From contig JAHBVB010000001.1 in NCBI GenBank assembly GCA_019637805.1, positions 5,262 through 69,261 on the forward strand: DNA of 64,000 bases. The letters are read 5' to 3'. The notes under the pieces were generated by a model. The model made no database searches and had not been told where the DNA came from. It was given only the letters and a program-made list of their open reading frames with translations. The position numbers were made by a program, and so were the translations under genes. Every line of letters starts with the position of its first letter. The stretch's first letter is position 1. The stretch is from Anaerolineales bacterium. GTDB taxonomy: Bacteria > Chloroflexota > Anaerolineae > Anaerolineales > UBA11579. Shown one piece after another: positions 42,196-52,619 of this stretch.

Positions 42196-43283
42196 AGCCG
42201 CTGGGCTGGCTGGCGCTGGGCTGCGTCGGCTTGGCTTTGGCGGCCTGCCAAAGCCAGGCTGGGCTGCCCAGGAACACACCTGCGGCCACTCTGCTTATTA
42301 CAGACACTCAGGCGGCCTCAGCCAGCGCGGCGTGGACCCCCTCCCCGGCAGCCAGCCCCACGCCGTGGCCAGGCTATCCGGAAATCACTCTGGCGCCCTT
42401 CCCACTCTCCGCTGAGCAGCTGCAGCCGACCACAGCGCCAGTGAGCTCAGCCACGTCCTTGAGTGCGCCTATAGCCTTAGGCCCATACGACCATTTCTAT
42501 CTGCACTGGCCGCTGAGCCAGCACAACCTGCCCCCCAGCCAGCGCTATGGCGTATTTCAAGAGACCGGCGACAACAGCCTGCCGCACCTCGGGTTGGATG
42601 TCAGTCTGAATGCGGGCACACCCGTCCTGGCGGCGGGGGCCGGTGAAGTGGTCTGGGCAGATTACGGGCTCTTCTATCGATCACCCAGCTACCTAGAAGA
42701 CCCCTATGGCATCTCTGTGGCTATCCGCCACAGCTTCGGCCATCAGGGGCAACCGCTGTACACCATCTATGCACATTTGCGCGAAACCCGAGTGATGCTT
42801 GGCGACCAGGTGGTCGCCGGACAGGTCATCGGCCTCTCGGGCAATACCGGGCAGTCCAGCGGGCCGCACCTGCATTTTGAAGTGCGTCTGGGGGAAAACA
42901 GCGTGTACTTCACGCACAACCCGGAGCTGTGGATCGCCCCGACTGATGGCTACGGCGTGCTGGTCGGCCGCATTACCGACACGCGCGACTTTCCGCTGAT
43001 GAACCGGCTGGTCGAAGTGCGCAACCTGGCGGACCGCCGGCGCATCAACGCCTACAGCTACGCCACCCAAACTCGGCTGCTGCCGGACGGTTATTACAAT
43101 GAGAACTTTGTGCTGGGGGAGCTGCCCCCGGGCCGCTATGAAATCGCCATCCCGCACTTCGGCATCTGGAAACGTACCGAGGTAGAGATCAGGCCGGGCG
43201 CGGTTACGTATTTCCGATTCTCAGGAAATAATGGCTATAATTTTGACCTGCCCGCGTCAGCATTGCCGGGTAACACGCCTTGA
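42192..43283 (+). CDS. M23-family metallopeptidase lipoprotein
   Basis: Lipobox LALAAC. M23 motifs HLGLDV (HxxxD) and GNTGQSSGPHLHFEV (HxH). ATGA overlap with the upstream gene. Confidence 0.85.
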   Translation: MKPLGWLALGCVGLALAACQSQAGLPRNTPAATLLITDTQAASASAAWTPSPAASPTPWPGYPEITLAPFPLSAEQLQPTTAPVSSATSLSAPIALGPYDHFYLHWPLSQHNLPPSQRYGVFQETGDNSLPHLGLDVSLNAGTPVLAAGAGEVVWADYGLFYRSPSYLEDPYGISVAIRHSFGHQGQPLYTIYAHLRETRVMLGDQVVAGQVIGLSGNTGQSSGPHLHFEVRLGENSVYFTHNPELWIAPTDGYGVLVGRITDTRDFPLMNRLVEVRNLADRRRINAYSYATQTRLLPDGYYNENFVLGELPPGRYEIAIPHFGIWKRTEVEIRPGAVTYFRFSGNNGYNFDLPASALPGNTP

Positions 43284-43379
43284 GTTAGCATCGTTAGGCA
43301 AGTACATCCAGAATATAAGGGGGTAGACATTCACAAGACCTTTTACACCAATGCAATTCTTCTGCTAACGCTGGTCCTG

Positions 43380-44855
43380 TTGACAACCGTGGCCTTGTGG
43401 CCCAGCAGCCCAGCCAATCGCCAGGCAATTAGCCGGGATTCCGGCGTGTTCTTGTACACGGGATGGCGCATCTTAGAGGGAGAGATACCCTATCGCGATG
43501 TTTGGGACCACAAAACCCCTGGCATCTTTTACTTGGATGCTCTTGGGTTGGCTCTGGATCCGGCAAGCCTTTGGGGAGTTTGGGGGCTGGAATGGTTGTT
43601 CGTTTGCGCAGCAAGTGTCCTGCTATTCCTGCTGGTTAAGCGCCTATTTGGCACAACCAGCGCGGCACTCAGTATGCTGATGGTTTTAGTCGCGTTGTCG
43701 GACATGCTGGCAGGGGGAAATCTGACGCAGCTCCCCGCGCTGCCGTTCCAGGCTGGCGGCCTGTGGCTGGCGCTAAGGCTCACTCAGAATCCGGAAGACA
43801 AGAAGCCCTGGTTCTGGCTGGGTATTCTGACTGCTGGCACCGTCGTGTTCCGTCAGAATTCGGTAGGCGTTTTTGTGGCAGCCGCCGCTTGGATGCTGCT
43901 TTGGGCGGCGATCAACAGAAAGCCCACCCTCATCCTAAGATCTGCCCTCAATGGGGTGGCCGGTGTTGTGCTTGTAGCGCTCCCGGTGGCTTTGTATTTT
44001 GCCTATCACTCTGCTTTGGTTGAACTGTGGGATGCTGCGGTTCTGTTCAATATCCACTACGCCTCTGAAGGCGGGATTAGGGAACGCATCTCCGCACTGG
44101 TCAGCGGCTTTCAAGCTTTGGGTAGTGTTGGCTTGGCCGTGTTCCTATTGGCTGGGTTTGTCTTGGCAGTTCCAGCCTGGCTGAAAGACAAATCAAGCTC
44201 GGTATCTCACATTAGTAGCTACCTGCAATATCTGACATTGGCTTTTGTGCTTGAATTCGCATTGGTTGCCATGAGTGGGCGGCCACGTCTGCCCTATTTC
44301 ATTGCGCTGCTGCCCATGGCGACCGTCATGGCAGGATATTGCTTCTCGCGTATCGAGCGCTGGCTTGCTACCAAAACCACAATTGTGACGGCTCAGCGAA
44401 TTTTGGCGCTCTCGCTTGTATGCATCCTGATCTACATCTACCCACGCTACGAGGAAAACTTGCGCGCCAACCAAAACATTGAAAGGCCATTGGATGTAAT
44501 CAGCTATATCCAGCAACACACCAGCGACCAGGATCAAGTCCTGCTGGTTGGAGCGGAGACAAGCATTAACTTTGAAACCCGGAGGACAAGCCCAACTCGC
44601 TTCGTGTACCAATATCCCCTTTATCGCCAGGCGTACGCCCAACCCGACTATCTGGAAGAGTTCTTTGAAGATGTGCTGCGCCACAAACCTGCGCTGATCA
44701 TCTTGACCACTGGTGATACAGATATGCCCAATCGCTTTGGGGGCAGCAAAACAGCCCGTTCTGAAGAATTGGCCTACCAGATCAATCAGATATACAAACC
44801 GGTGCAAGTTTTTGAGAACGGCTGGCTCGCCCTGGCGCCGGTGGCCGGCGACTAA
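43380..44855 (+). CDS. Glycosyltransferase family 39/83-like (ArnT/PMT-type) polytopic membrane protein
   Basis: SRDSGVFLYTGWRILEGEIPYRDVWDHKTPG loop-1 motif and many TM segments. Coordinates follow the TTG in the ORF track, but the true start is probably upstream (see finding). Confidence 0.65.
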   Translation: MTTVALWPSSPANRQAISRDSGVFLYTGWRILEGEIPYRDVWDHKTPGIFYLDALGLALDPASLWGVWGLEWLFVCAASVLLFLLVKRLFGTTSAALSMLMVLVALSDMLAGGNLTQLPALPFQAGGLWLALRLTQNPEDKKPWFWLGILTAGTVVFRQNSVGVFVAAAAWMLLWAAINRKPTLILRSALNGVAGVVLVALPVALYFAYHSALVELWDAAVLFNIHYASEGGIRERISALVSGFQALGSVGLAVFLLAGFVLAVPAWLKDKSSSVSHISSYLQYLTLAFVLEFALVAMSGRPRLPYFIALLPMATVMAGYCFSRIERWLATKTTIVTAQRILALSLVCILIYIYPRYEENLRANQNIERPLDVISYIQQHTSDQDQVLLVGAETSINFETRRTSPTRFVYQYPLYRQAYAQPDYLEEFFEDVLRHKPALIILTTGDTDMPNRFGGSKTARSEELAYQINQIYKPVQVFENGWLALAPVAGD

Positions 44856-45331
44856 GCCACTTGCAACCGGCGGCCGCCTGTGTGCTGCTGCAACTCAACG
44901 GCGGTCAGCGGGAAGACCGCATTCGGCGTGCCGGCCGCGGCCCAGATCTGATCGTATTGAAACAGCGCTTCATCGATATAGGTGTGCGCCGGGTGGGCGT
45001 AACCGAAAGGCGCCACGCCGCCAATGGCGTAGCCCGTCACTTGGCGCACGAAGTCGGCGTCGGCCTTGGCCAGCTCGCCGCCCACCGCGGCGCGCAGTTT
45101 GGCCTCGTCCACGCGGTTGGCGCCGCTGGTGAAGGCCAGCACCGCGTCCCCGTCCGGGGCCACGCGAAAGATCAGCGACTTGACGATCTGGCCGACTTCG
45201 CAGCCAATCGCGGCCGCCGCGTCGGCTGCGGTGCGAGTGGTCTGGCTGAATTCGACGACTTGACCTGAAAGGTCAAGTCGTTTCAACAACTCTTGAAATT
45301 TGATCGCGGTGGGGTTGCTGGGCGGCAGCAT
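44852..45331 (-). CDS. YbaK/ProX-type aminoacyl-tRNA deacylase domain protein
   Basis: 159 aa. TRTAADAAAAIGCEVGQIVKSLIF...GGVAPFG pattern of the YbaK/EbsC editing domain. Confidence 0.75.
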   Translation of the reverse strand: MLPPSNPTAIKFQELLKRLDLSGQVVEFSQTTRTAADAAAAIGCEVGQIVKSLIFRVAPDGDAVLAFTSGANRVDEAKLRAAVGGELAKADADFVRQVTGYAIGGVAPFGYAHPAHTYIDEALFQYDQIWAAAGTPNAVFPLTAVELQQHTGGRRLQVA

Positions 45332-45846
45332 TACTGGACAATGATCTCCACGTAGATCTGCACGCCAAATTCCTGGCCACCCAGGTCAAAAGCCTTCCAG
45401 GCGCTGCGGTAAGTGCCGGGCAGCTGCGGGGCTTGGAACTGGATCGTGATGGCAGCGGTTTCCCCAGGCGGCACCTCCGGCAGGGCTTGTCGGTCAATGG
45501 CGCCCATGGCCACGTCTCCCACCAGCCGCACCGTATAGCCGCGCACCCAGGGGCAGCTGCCATCATTGCGCACCTGCCAGCTCTTCTCGAAGGTTTGGCC
45601 GGCCAGCATGTGCGTGCCGTCGGGGATATTCAGATCTTGCAGGAAGACCAGGCCATTGTCACAAGGCGCCGTCGGCGAGGGCGGCAGCGGGGTATGCGTC
45701 TCCAGGATCAGCGGAGCGGTGTCACCCGCCAGAGTCGGTGGGATGAACAGCCCCTGGTCTGCCGGCAGCGCGCTGCGGGTGCAGGCGGCCAGCAGCAGCA
45801 CCAGGCCGGCGCCAGCCAGCCATTGGCGGAGGGGGAAAGCGCGCAT
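45331..45846 (-). CDS. NBR1-Ig-like domain lipoprotein
   Basis: Lipobox LLLAAC. FEKSWQVRNDGSCPW...VPPGETAAITIQFQAPQLPGTYRSAWK matches the NBR1-like Ig fold signature. Confidence 0.65.
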   Translation of the reverse strand: MRAFPLRQWLAGAGLVLLLAACTRSALPADQGLFIPPTLAGDTAPLILETHTPLPPSPTAPCDNGLVFLQDLNIPDGTHMLAGQTFEKSWQVRNDGSCPWVRGYTVRLVGDVAMGAIDRQALPEVPPGETAAITIQFQAPQLPGTYRSAWKAFDLGGQEFGVQIYVEIIVQ

Positions 45847-45883
45847 ACGGTCAGTATACTAGCTGTTCAGCAGGGGATAAAAG

Positions 45884-45911
45884 AAAAAGGACGGCGAATG
45901 CCGTCCTTTTT
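45884..45911 (-). terminator. Rho-independent terminator after recA
   Basis: Stem AAAAAGGACGGC (45884-45895) / GCCGTCCTTTTT (45900-45911), loop GAAT. On the minus strand it is followed by CTTTTAT. Confidence 0.8.
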
Positions 45912-45915
45912 ATGA

Positions 45916-47025
45916 TCAGGCTTCCAGTGCTTCCATTTCATCCAGCGGCTCAGCCTCCAAGCCATCCTCGTCCATGATCTCCATCGATACTGGCGCCTGC
46001 AGCACTTTCTCGCGCACCTGCGCTTCGATGGTTTCCGCCAGCGCCGGGTTGTCGCGCAGGAAGTCCTTGGCGCTCTCGCGGCCCTGGCCAAGGCGTTCTT
46101 CGTTGTAGCTGTAGAAAGAGCCGCGCTTGTCGATCACTTCACAGGCCACCCCCAGGTCCAGCAGGTCGCCGGACTTGGAAATGCCTTCGTTGTACATAAT
46201 GTCGAACTCGGCGGTCTGGAACGGCGGGGCCACCTTATTCTTGACCACGCGCACCCGCGTGCGGTTGCCGACGACGTCCTGCCCGACCTTGATCGACTGG
46301 ATGCGGCGCACGTCCATGCGCACCGAAGCGTAGAACTTGAGCGCCATGCCGCCGGTGGTCGTCTCGGGATTGCCGAACATCACGCCGATCTTCTGGCGCA
46401 GCTGGTTGGTGAACACCACCGAGGTATTGGTCTGCTTGATGGCGCCCGACAGCTTGCGTAGCGCTTGCGACATCAGGCGAGCCTGCATGCCCATGGTGGC
46501 ATCGCCCATGTCGCCTTCGATCTCGGAACGCGGCACCAGGGCCGCCACCGAGTCGATCACCACCAGGTCCACCGCGCCGGAGCGCACCAGCGCTTCGGCG
46601 ATCTCCAGGGCTTGCTCGCCGGTGTCCGGCTGGGAGACCAGCAGCTTGTCCACATCCACGCCGCAGCGCGCCGCGTATTTCGGGTCGAGGGCGTGCTCCA
46701 TATCAATGAAAGCCGCCGTGCCGCCGCGCTTCTGCACTTCGGCCACAATGTGCTGGCAGATGGTGGTCTTGCCCGAGGATTCCGGGCCGTAGATCTCCGT
46801 CACACGGCCGCGTGGGATGCCGCCGACGCCCAGGGCGATGTCCAGTGAGAGCGAGCCGGTCGGCACCGCCTCCACCAGCATGCCGTGGGCTTCGCCCAGG
46901 CGCATGATGGCGCCTTCGCCGTAGCGTTTCATGATGTCATCCAGGGTGCGCTGCAGGGTCTTGCCGCGCTCGTCGCCGGGTTCGAGAGAGCCGTTCGCGC
47001 TTTCGTTGCCTTTTGCTCGTGCCAT
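45916..47025 (-). CDS. recA: Recombinase RecA
   Basis: Walker [29 protein letters not shown]2 region GNPETTTGG. 369 aa with an acidic C-terminal tail. Confidence 0.97.
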   Translation of the reverse strand: MARAKGNESANGSLEPGDERGKTLQRTLDDIMKRYGEGAIMRLGEAHGMLVEAVPTGSLSLDIALGVGGIPRGRVTEIYGPESSGKTTICQHIVAEVQKRGGTAAFIDMEHALDPKYAARCGVDVDKLLVSQPDTGEQALEIAEALVRSGAVDLVVIDSVAALVPRSEIEGDMGDATMGMQARLMSQALRKLSGAIKQTNTSVVFTNQLRQKIGVMFGNPETTTGGMALKFYASVRMDVRRIQSIKVGQDVVGNRTRVRVVKNKVAPPFQTAEFDIMYNEGISKSGDLLDLGVACEVIDKRGSFYSYNEERLGQGRESAKDFLRDNPALAETIEAQVREKVLQAPVSMEIMDEDGLEAEPLDEMEALEA

Positions 47026-47046
47026 ATCTGTTCAGCCTCCGTCAGT

Positions 47047-47058
47047 GAACGAGTGTTC
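47047..47058. promoter_or_regulatory. Cheo-type SOS (LexA) box GAAC-N4-GTTC in the recA leader
   Basis: GAACGAGTGTTC at 47047-47058, a perfect GAAC-N4-GTTC, between the predicted -10 and the GGAGG of recA. Confidence 0.55.
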
Positions 47059-47071
47059 TAATATCAGACAG

Positions 47072-47100
47072 AATATAGAACATTCGTACAGTTCTGTCAA
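47072..47100 (-). promoter_or_regulatory. recA sigma70-type promoter TTGACA-17-TATATT with a second imperfect SOS box in the spacer
   Basis: The minus strand reads TTGACA (47100-47095) GAACTGTACGAATGTTC (17 nt) TATATT (47077-47072). The spacer contains GTACGAATGTTC (one mismatch to GAAC-N4-GTTC). GGAGG lies 10 nt before the ATG. Confidence 0.65.
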
Positions 47101-47108
47101 GGCGTTGG

Positions 47109-48035
47109 CTAGAGCAAAATGGAGAGCAACAGCGACTGCGTCACCACCGACAGCAACGTCGAGACCAGGATGGCGGTCGAGATCGTCGCCCGGCCCACTT
47201 GGTACTGCTCAGCCATGATGTAAGCGTTGACCCCCACCGGCAGCGCCGCGGCGATCACCGCCACGGCCGCCCACAGCGGCTCCAGCTCGAAGACGTGAAA
47301 GGCCAGCGCCCAGACGATCAGCGGCTGGGCCAGCAGTTTGAGCGCCACGATCACCCAGGCCTTGCCCAGCTCGCCGCCAATCTTGTACTCGCGCAGCGAG
47401 GCGCCCAGCACGATCAGCGAGCAGGGCAGCGCCGCCTGGCCGATGATGTGCACCGCCTCGGCCAGTGGGCCGGGCAGCCCCAGCCCCAGCGCCCGGGCCA
47501 GCACACCGGCCAACAGGCCCAGGATCAGCGGGTTGGTCATCAGCTGGCGGGCAGAGAAGCGCAGCTGGCGGAGCCAGTCGCCTGGGTCGCCGCGCTCCAT
47601 CAGCAGCAGAAAGACGCTGAACAACAACACGCTGTGCAACGAGATCAGGATCAGCATGGGCAGCAGCCCGGCTTCGCCAAAGGCTGCCGAGACCACCGGC
47701 AGGCCGATCAGCACCATATTGGAATAGGCCCCACCCAGGCCGAAGACGGCCTGCTCTTTCGGGGCCGCGCCAAACAGCCATTTGCTGAGCAAATACCCCA
47801 GCGCGTAGACGATGAAAGACCCGGCGAAGAAGGACAGCAGGAACTGCCAACGGAAGACGCCGGGCGACTCTAAGTTCGCTAGTGAGTCGAAAAGCAGCAG
47901 CGGCAGCGCCAAGACGAAGACGAACTTGGAGATGCCGCTGTTGTCCGCCGCGGACAGCCAACCCCAGCGGGCCGCCAGGTAACCGACGGCCACCACGGCG
48001 AAGACGGGGACGATGATGGCGAGGATGTGGGTCAC
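47109..48035 (-). CDS. AEC-family (auxin efflux carrier-like) transporter
   Basis: 308 aa with about 10 TM segments. N-terminal ILAIIVPVFAVVAVGYL and overall AEC/malonate-transporter-like layout. GTG start. Confidence 0.7.
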   Translation of the reverse strand: MTHILAIIVPVFAVVAVGYLAARWGWLSAADNSGISKFVFVLALPLLLFDSLANLESPGVFRWQFLLSFFAGSFIVYALGYLLSKWLFGAAPKEQAVFGLGGAYSNMVLIGLPVVSAAFGEAGLLPMLILISLHSVLLFSVFLLLMERGDPGDWLRQLRFSARQLMTNPLILGLLAGVLARALGLGLPGPLAEAVHIIGQAALPCSLIVLGASLREYKIGGELGKAWVIVALKLLAQPLIVWALAFHVFELEPLWAAVAVIAAALPVGVNAYIMAEQYQVGRATISTAILVSTLLSVVTQSLLLSILL

Positions 48036-48041
48036 GGGGCT

Positions 48042-48047
48042 ATCTTA
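48042..48047 (-). promoter_or_regulatory. -10-like TAAGAT (minus strand), 6 nt upstream of the GTG start of the AEC gene (leaderless candidate)
   Basis: Plus-strand ATCTTA at 48042-48047 is TAAGAT on the minus strand. 6-nt spacer to GTG 48035. No SD. Confidence 0.3.
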
Positions 48048-48113
48048 CACCCGAAGCGGTTGTCCCCCACAAACGAACACGATTAAAATCATCAAAAACT
48101 AGGAGGCAAAGAA

Positions 48114-48665
48114 ATGATGATTTTCTATCAAATAGCTAGTGGGATTTTGCTTTTGACTTCAGCACTCGTTCTGTTACAGGGCAAGGACTGGGGCGCACTG
48201 GGAACCTCTCTATCAGCTGTCGCTATTCTACTGTTTACTGAGTTCTATCTCAAAAAGAGAGAAAAAGATAATGAAGCTGATAAGAGGCTCTATCAAGAAT
48301 TCCTTGTATCTTTAGGAACACATAAATTTGAGACGTTTCGAAGTTACGATTTTGGTTCAGCTTTCCGCTCCGAGTGGTTTGATCCTCTAAAGCAACACCT
48401 CTATTCGTGGAAAAACCCGGAGCACGAGTTTCTGGACAAGAAAATAGCTGCAAAGCATGTAGAGTTACTTGATTGCATAGACACCCTCTTAGAAGAAGTT
48501 AGTGTCCACTCCAATTTTGTAGGAGGGGATGTGCGTGCTATTTCAAAAGATTTGGAGCACGCTCAGTTCATGGAAGCTGCTGAAGCAATCAATACTGCAG
48601 CAAATAATTTCGAAACCAAACATGCTGAGTTTGTAAGGTTGTGCAAGAAGAGGCTTTCAGTTTAA
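48114..48665 (+). CDS. Hypothetical membrane-anchored protein (low-GC orphan)
   Basis: 183 aa. Two N-terminal hydrophobic helices, then a helical K/E-rich domain. Strong AGGAGG 8 nt upstream of the ATG. Local G+C is far below the window bulk (19/60 at 48241-48300). Confidence 0.55.
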   Translation: MMIFYQIASGILLLTSALVLLQGKDWGALGTSLSAVAILLFTEFYLKKREKDNEADKRLYQEFLVSLGTHKFETFRSYDFGSAFRSEWFDPLKQHLYSWKNPEHEFLDKKIAAKHVELLDCIDTLLEEVSVHSNFVGGDVRAISKDLEHAQFMEAAEAINTAANNFETKHAEFVRLCKKRLSV

Positions 48666-48689
48666 ACGTGTCCTCTGAGCAGTCTTTAT

Positions 48690-51657
<2,968 letters not shown>

Positions 51658-51675
51658 TCATGGCAGGGGAGTTAA

Positions 51676-51714
51676 AAGACATCGGGGAGGGGTGTTGACA
51701 GGGACCCCTCCCCG
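51676..51714 (-). terminator. Intrinsic terminator after the roadblock/LC7 gene
   Basis: 11-bp stem CGGGGAGGGGT (51683-51693) / ACCCCTCCCCG (51704-51714), 10-nt loop. On the minus strand it is followed by ATGTCTTTTAAC. Confidence 0.55.
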
Positions 51715-51750
51715 AGGCGTTGATCAGATGGCAGGGTGGAACGGCGTACT

Positions 51751-52125
51751 CTACGACACATAGGCAAGCAGATCCGCCGCGGCGCGGCGCATTTCCAAAA
51801 AGATGATACCCAGCTTGGATTCGTTGCGGGAAAGCGCCGCCAGCACTGCGTCGCGGCCCACGGCAGTCAGCAGCACCAGACCCTGGTCGCCGCGGATGTA
51901 GACTTCCTCAAATTCGCCGCGTTGCAATTCTACAGAGATGCGTTCGCCCAGGCTCAGCATGGCGGCAGACATGGCCGCAATGCGCTCTTCACTGACTTCG
52001 GCCGGCAGGGCCGAGGCCAGCGACAGACCGTCGGCGGTGACCACCGCCGAGCCGAGGATGTCGGGAGCTGCGGCTTGCAGCTCTCGCAGGCGATGTATCA
52101 TTTCAGTCGCGCGCGTTTCAGCCAT
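51751..52125 (-). CDS. Roadblock/LC7 (MglB-like) domain protein
   Basis: About 124 aa. ..ILGSAVVTADGLSLASAL....ERIAAMSAAMLSLGERI...EEVYIRGDQGLVLLTAVG.. is the typical Robl/LC7 pattern. ATG 52125 (GTG 52128 is an alternative). Confidence 0.7.
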   Translation of the reverse strand: MAETRATEMIHRLRELQAAAPDILGSAVVTADGLSLASALPAEVSEERIAAMSAAMLSLGERISVELQRGEFEEVYIRGDQGLVLLTAVGRDAVLAALSRNESKLGIIFLEMRRAAADLLAYVS

Positions 52126-52186
52126 CACTCGGTTGGTTTAGTCTACCATATCGGTCAAGCGCAGCCCTATCCGGCGGGAAGGCAGG

Positions 52187-52474
52187 CTACTCTTCGCTCT
52201 GCTCCACCGCCCTCAGCAGGGCTTCTTCCTCCAACGTCAGCAAATACTCTTCTTCGATAGTGCGCGCCGGGCGCAGGATCAGGTAGATCAGCACCCCGGG
52301 GATAAACAAGACCACTGGAACCAACACCGCCAGCGTGCGGCGCAGCGGCTGGCTGATACGCGCTTGGGCGTCTCTCCAGGTCCAATACACCAGGCTGGCC
52401 CACAAGGCCAGCAGGAAAGCGGCCCCCCATACAGAGAGCGCCCCCGCCAGAGTGCCCAAGCTTTGCAAGTCCAT
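52187..52474 (-). CDS. Small two-TM membrane protein (PLD-nuclease-N-terminal-like)
   Basis: Start chosen at ATG 52474 (MDLQSLGTLAGALSVWG...) because a perfect TATAAT lies 6 nt upstream. Two TM helices flank WTWRDAQAR, and the C-tail is acidic. Confidence 0.5.
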   Translation of the reverse strand: MDLQSLGTLAGALSVWGAAFLLALWASLVYWTWRDAQARISQPLRRTLAVLVPVVLFIPGVLIYLILRPARTIEEEYLLTLEEEALLRAVEQSEE

Positions 52475-52480
52475 AGGCTC

Positions 52481-52486
52481 ATTATA
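52481..52486 (-). promoter_or_regulatory. -10 TATAAT (minus strand), 6 nt upstream of ATG 52474 (leaderless candidate)
   Basis: Plus-strand ATTATA at 52481-52486 is TATAAT on the minus strand. Spacer GAGCCT, then ATG. No SD. Confidence 0.4.
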
Positions 52487-52573
52487 GTGGCTTGTCCCCA
52501 CGGTTGCCCATTTTGACATTCTGTTGGGCATATAGTACACTTCGCCTCGCTTCGCAACCCGTCAGAACGGGAG

Positions 52574-52598
52574 GACGCTCTCGCCGAGAGCGTCTTTT
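52574..52598 (+). promoter_or_regulatory. Terminator-like hairpin + T4 in the leader of the PfkB-ahcY operon (possible attenuator)
   Basis: Stem GACGCTCTC (52574-52582) / GAGAGCGTC (52586-52594), loop GCC, TTTT (52595-52598). Lies 21 nt upstream of ATG 52620. Confidence 0.35.
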
Positions 52599-52619
52599 AG
52601 TGTGGCGAGAGAAAACTTG

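Noticed and set aside
51751-52128. Roadblock/LC7 (MglB-like) gene as part of an MglA/MglB polarity or small-GTPase module
   Set aside because: No Ras-like GTPase gene is adjacent. The neighbours are pyrG and a small membrane protein, separated by a terminator and a promoter, so I treat it as an isolated gene.
52475-52619. Calling a bona fide SAH riboswitch upstream of the PfkB-ahcY operon
   Set aside because: Only a terminator-like hairpin is evident. I could not match the remembered SAH-riboswitch core (..AGGAGCGCUGC.. / ..AACGGCGCUCA..) convincingly. It is kept only as a low-confidence leader-attenuator finding.
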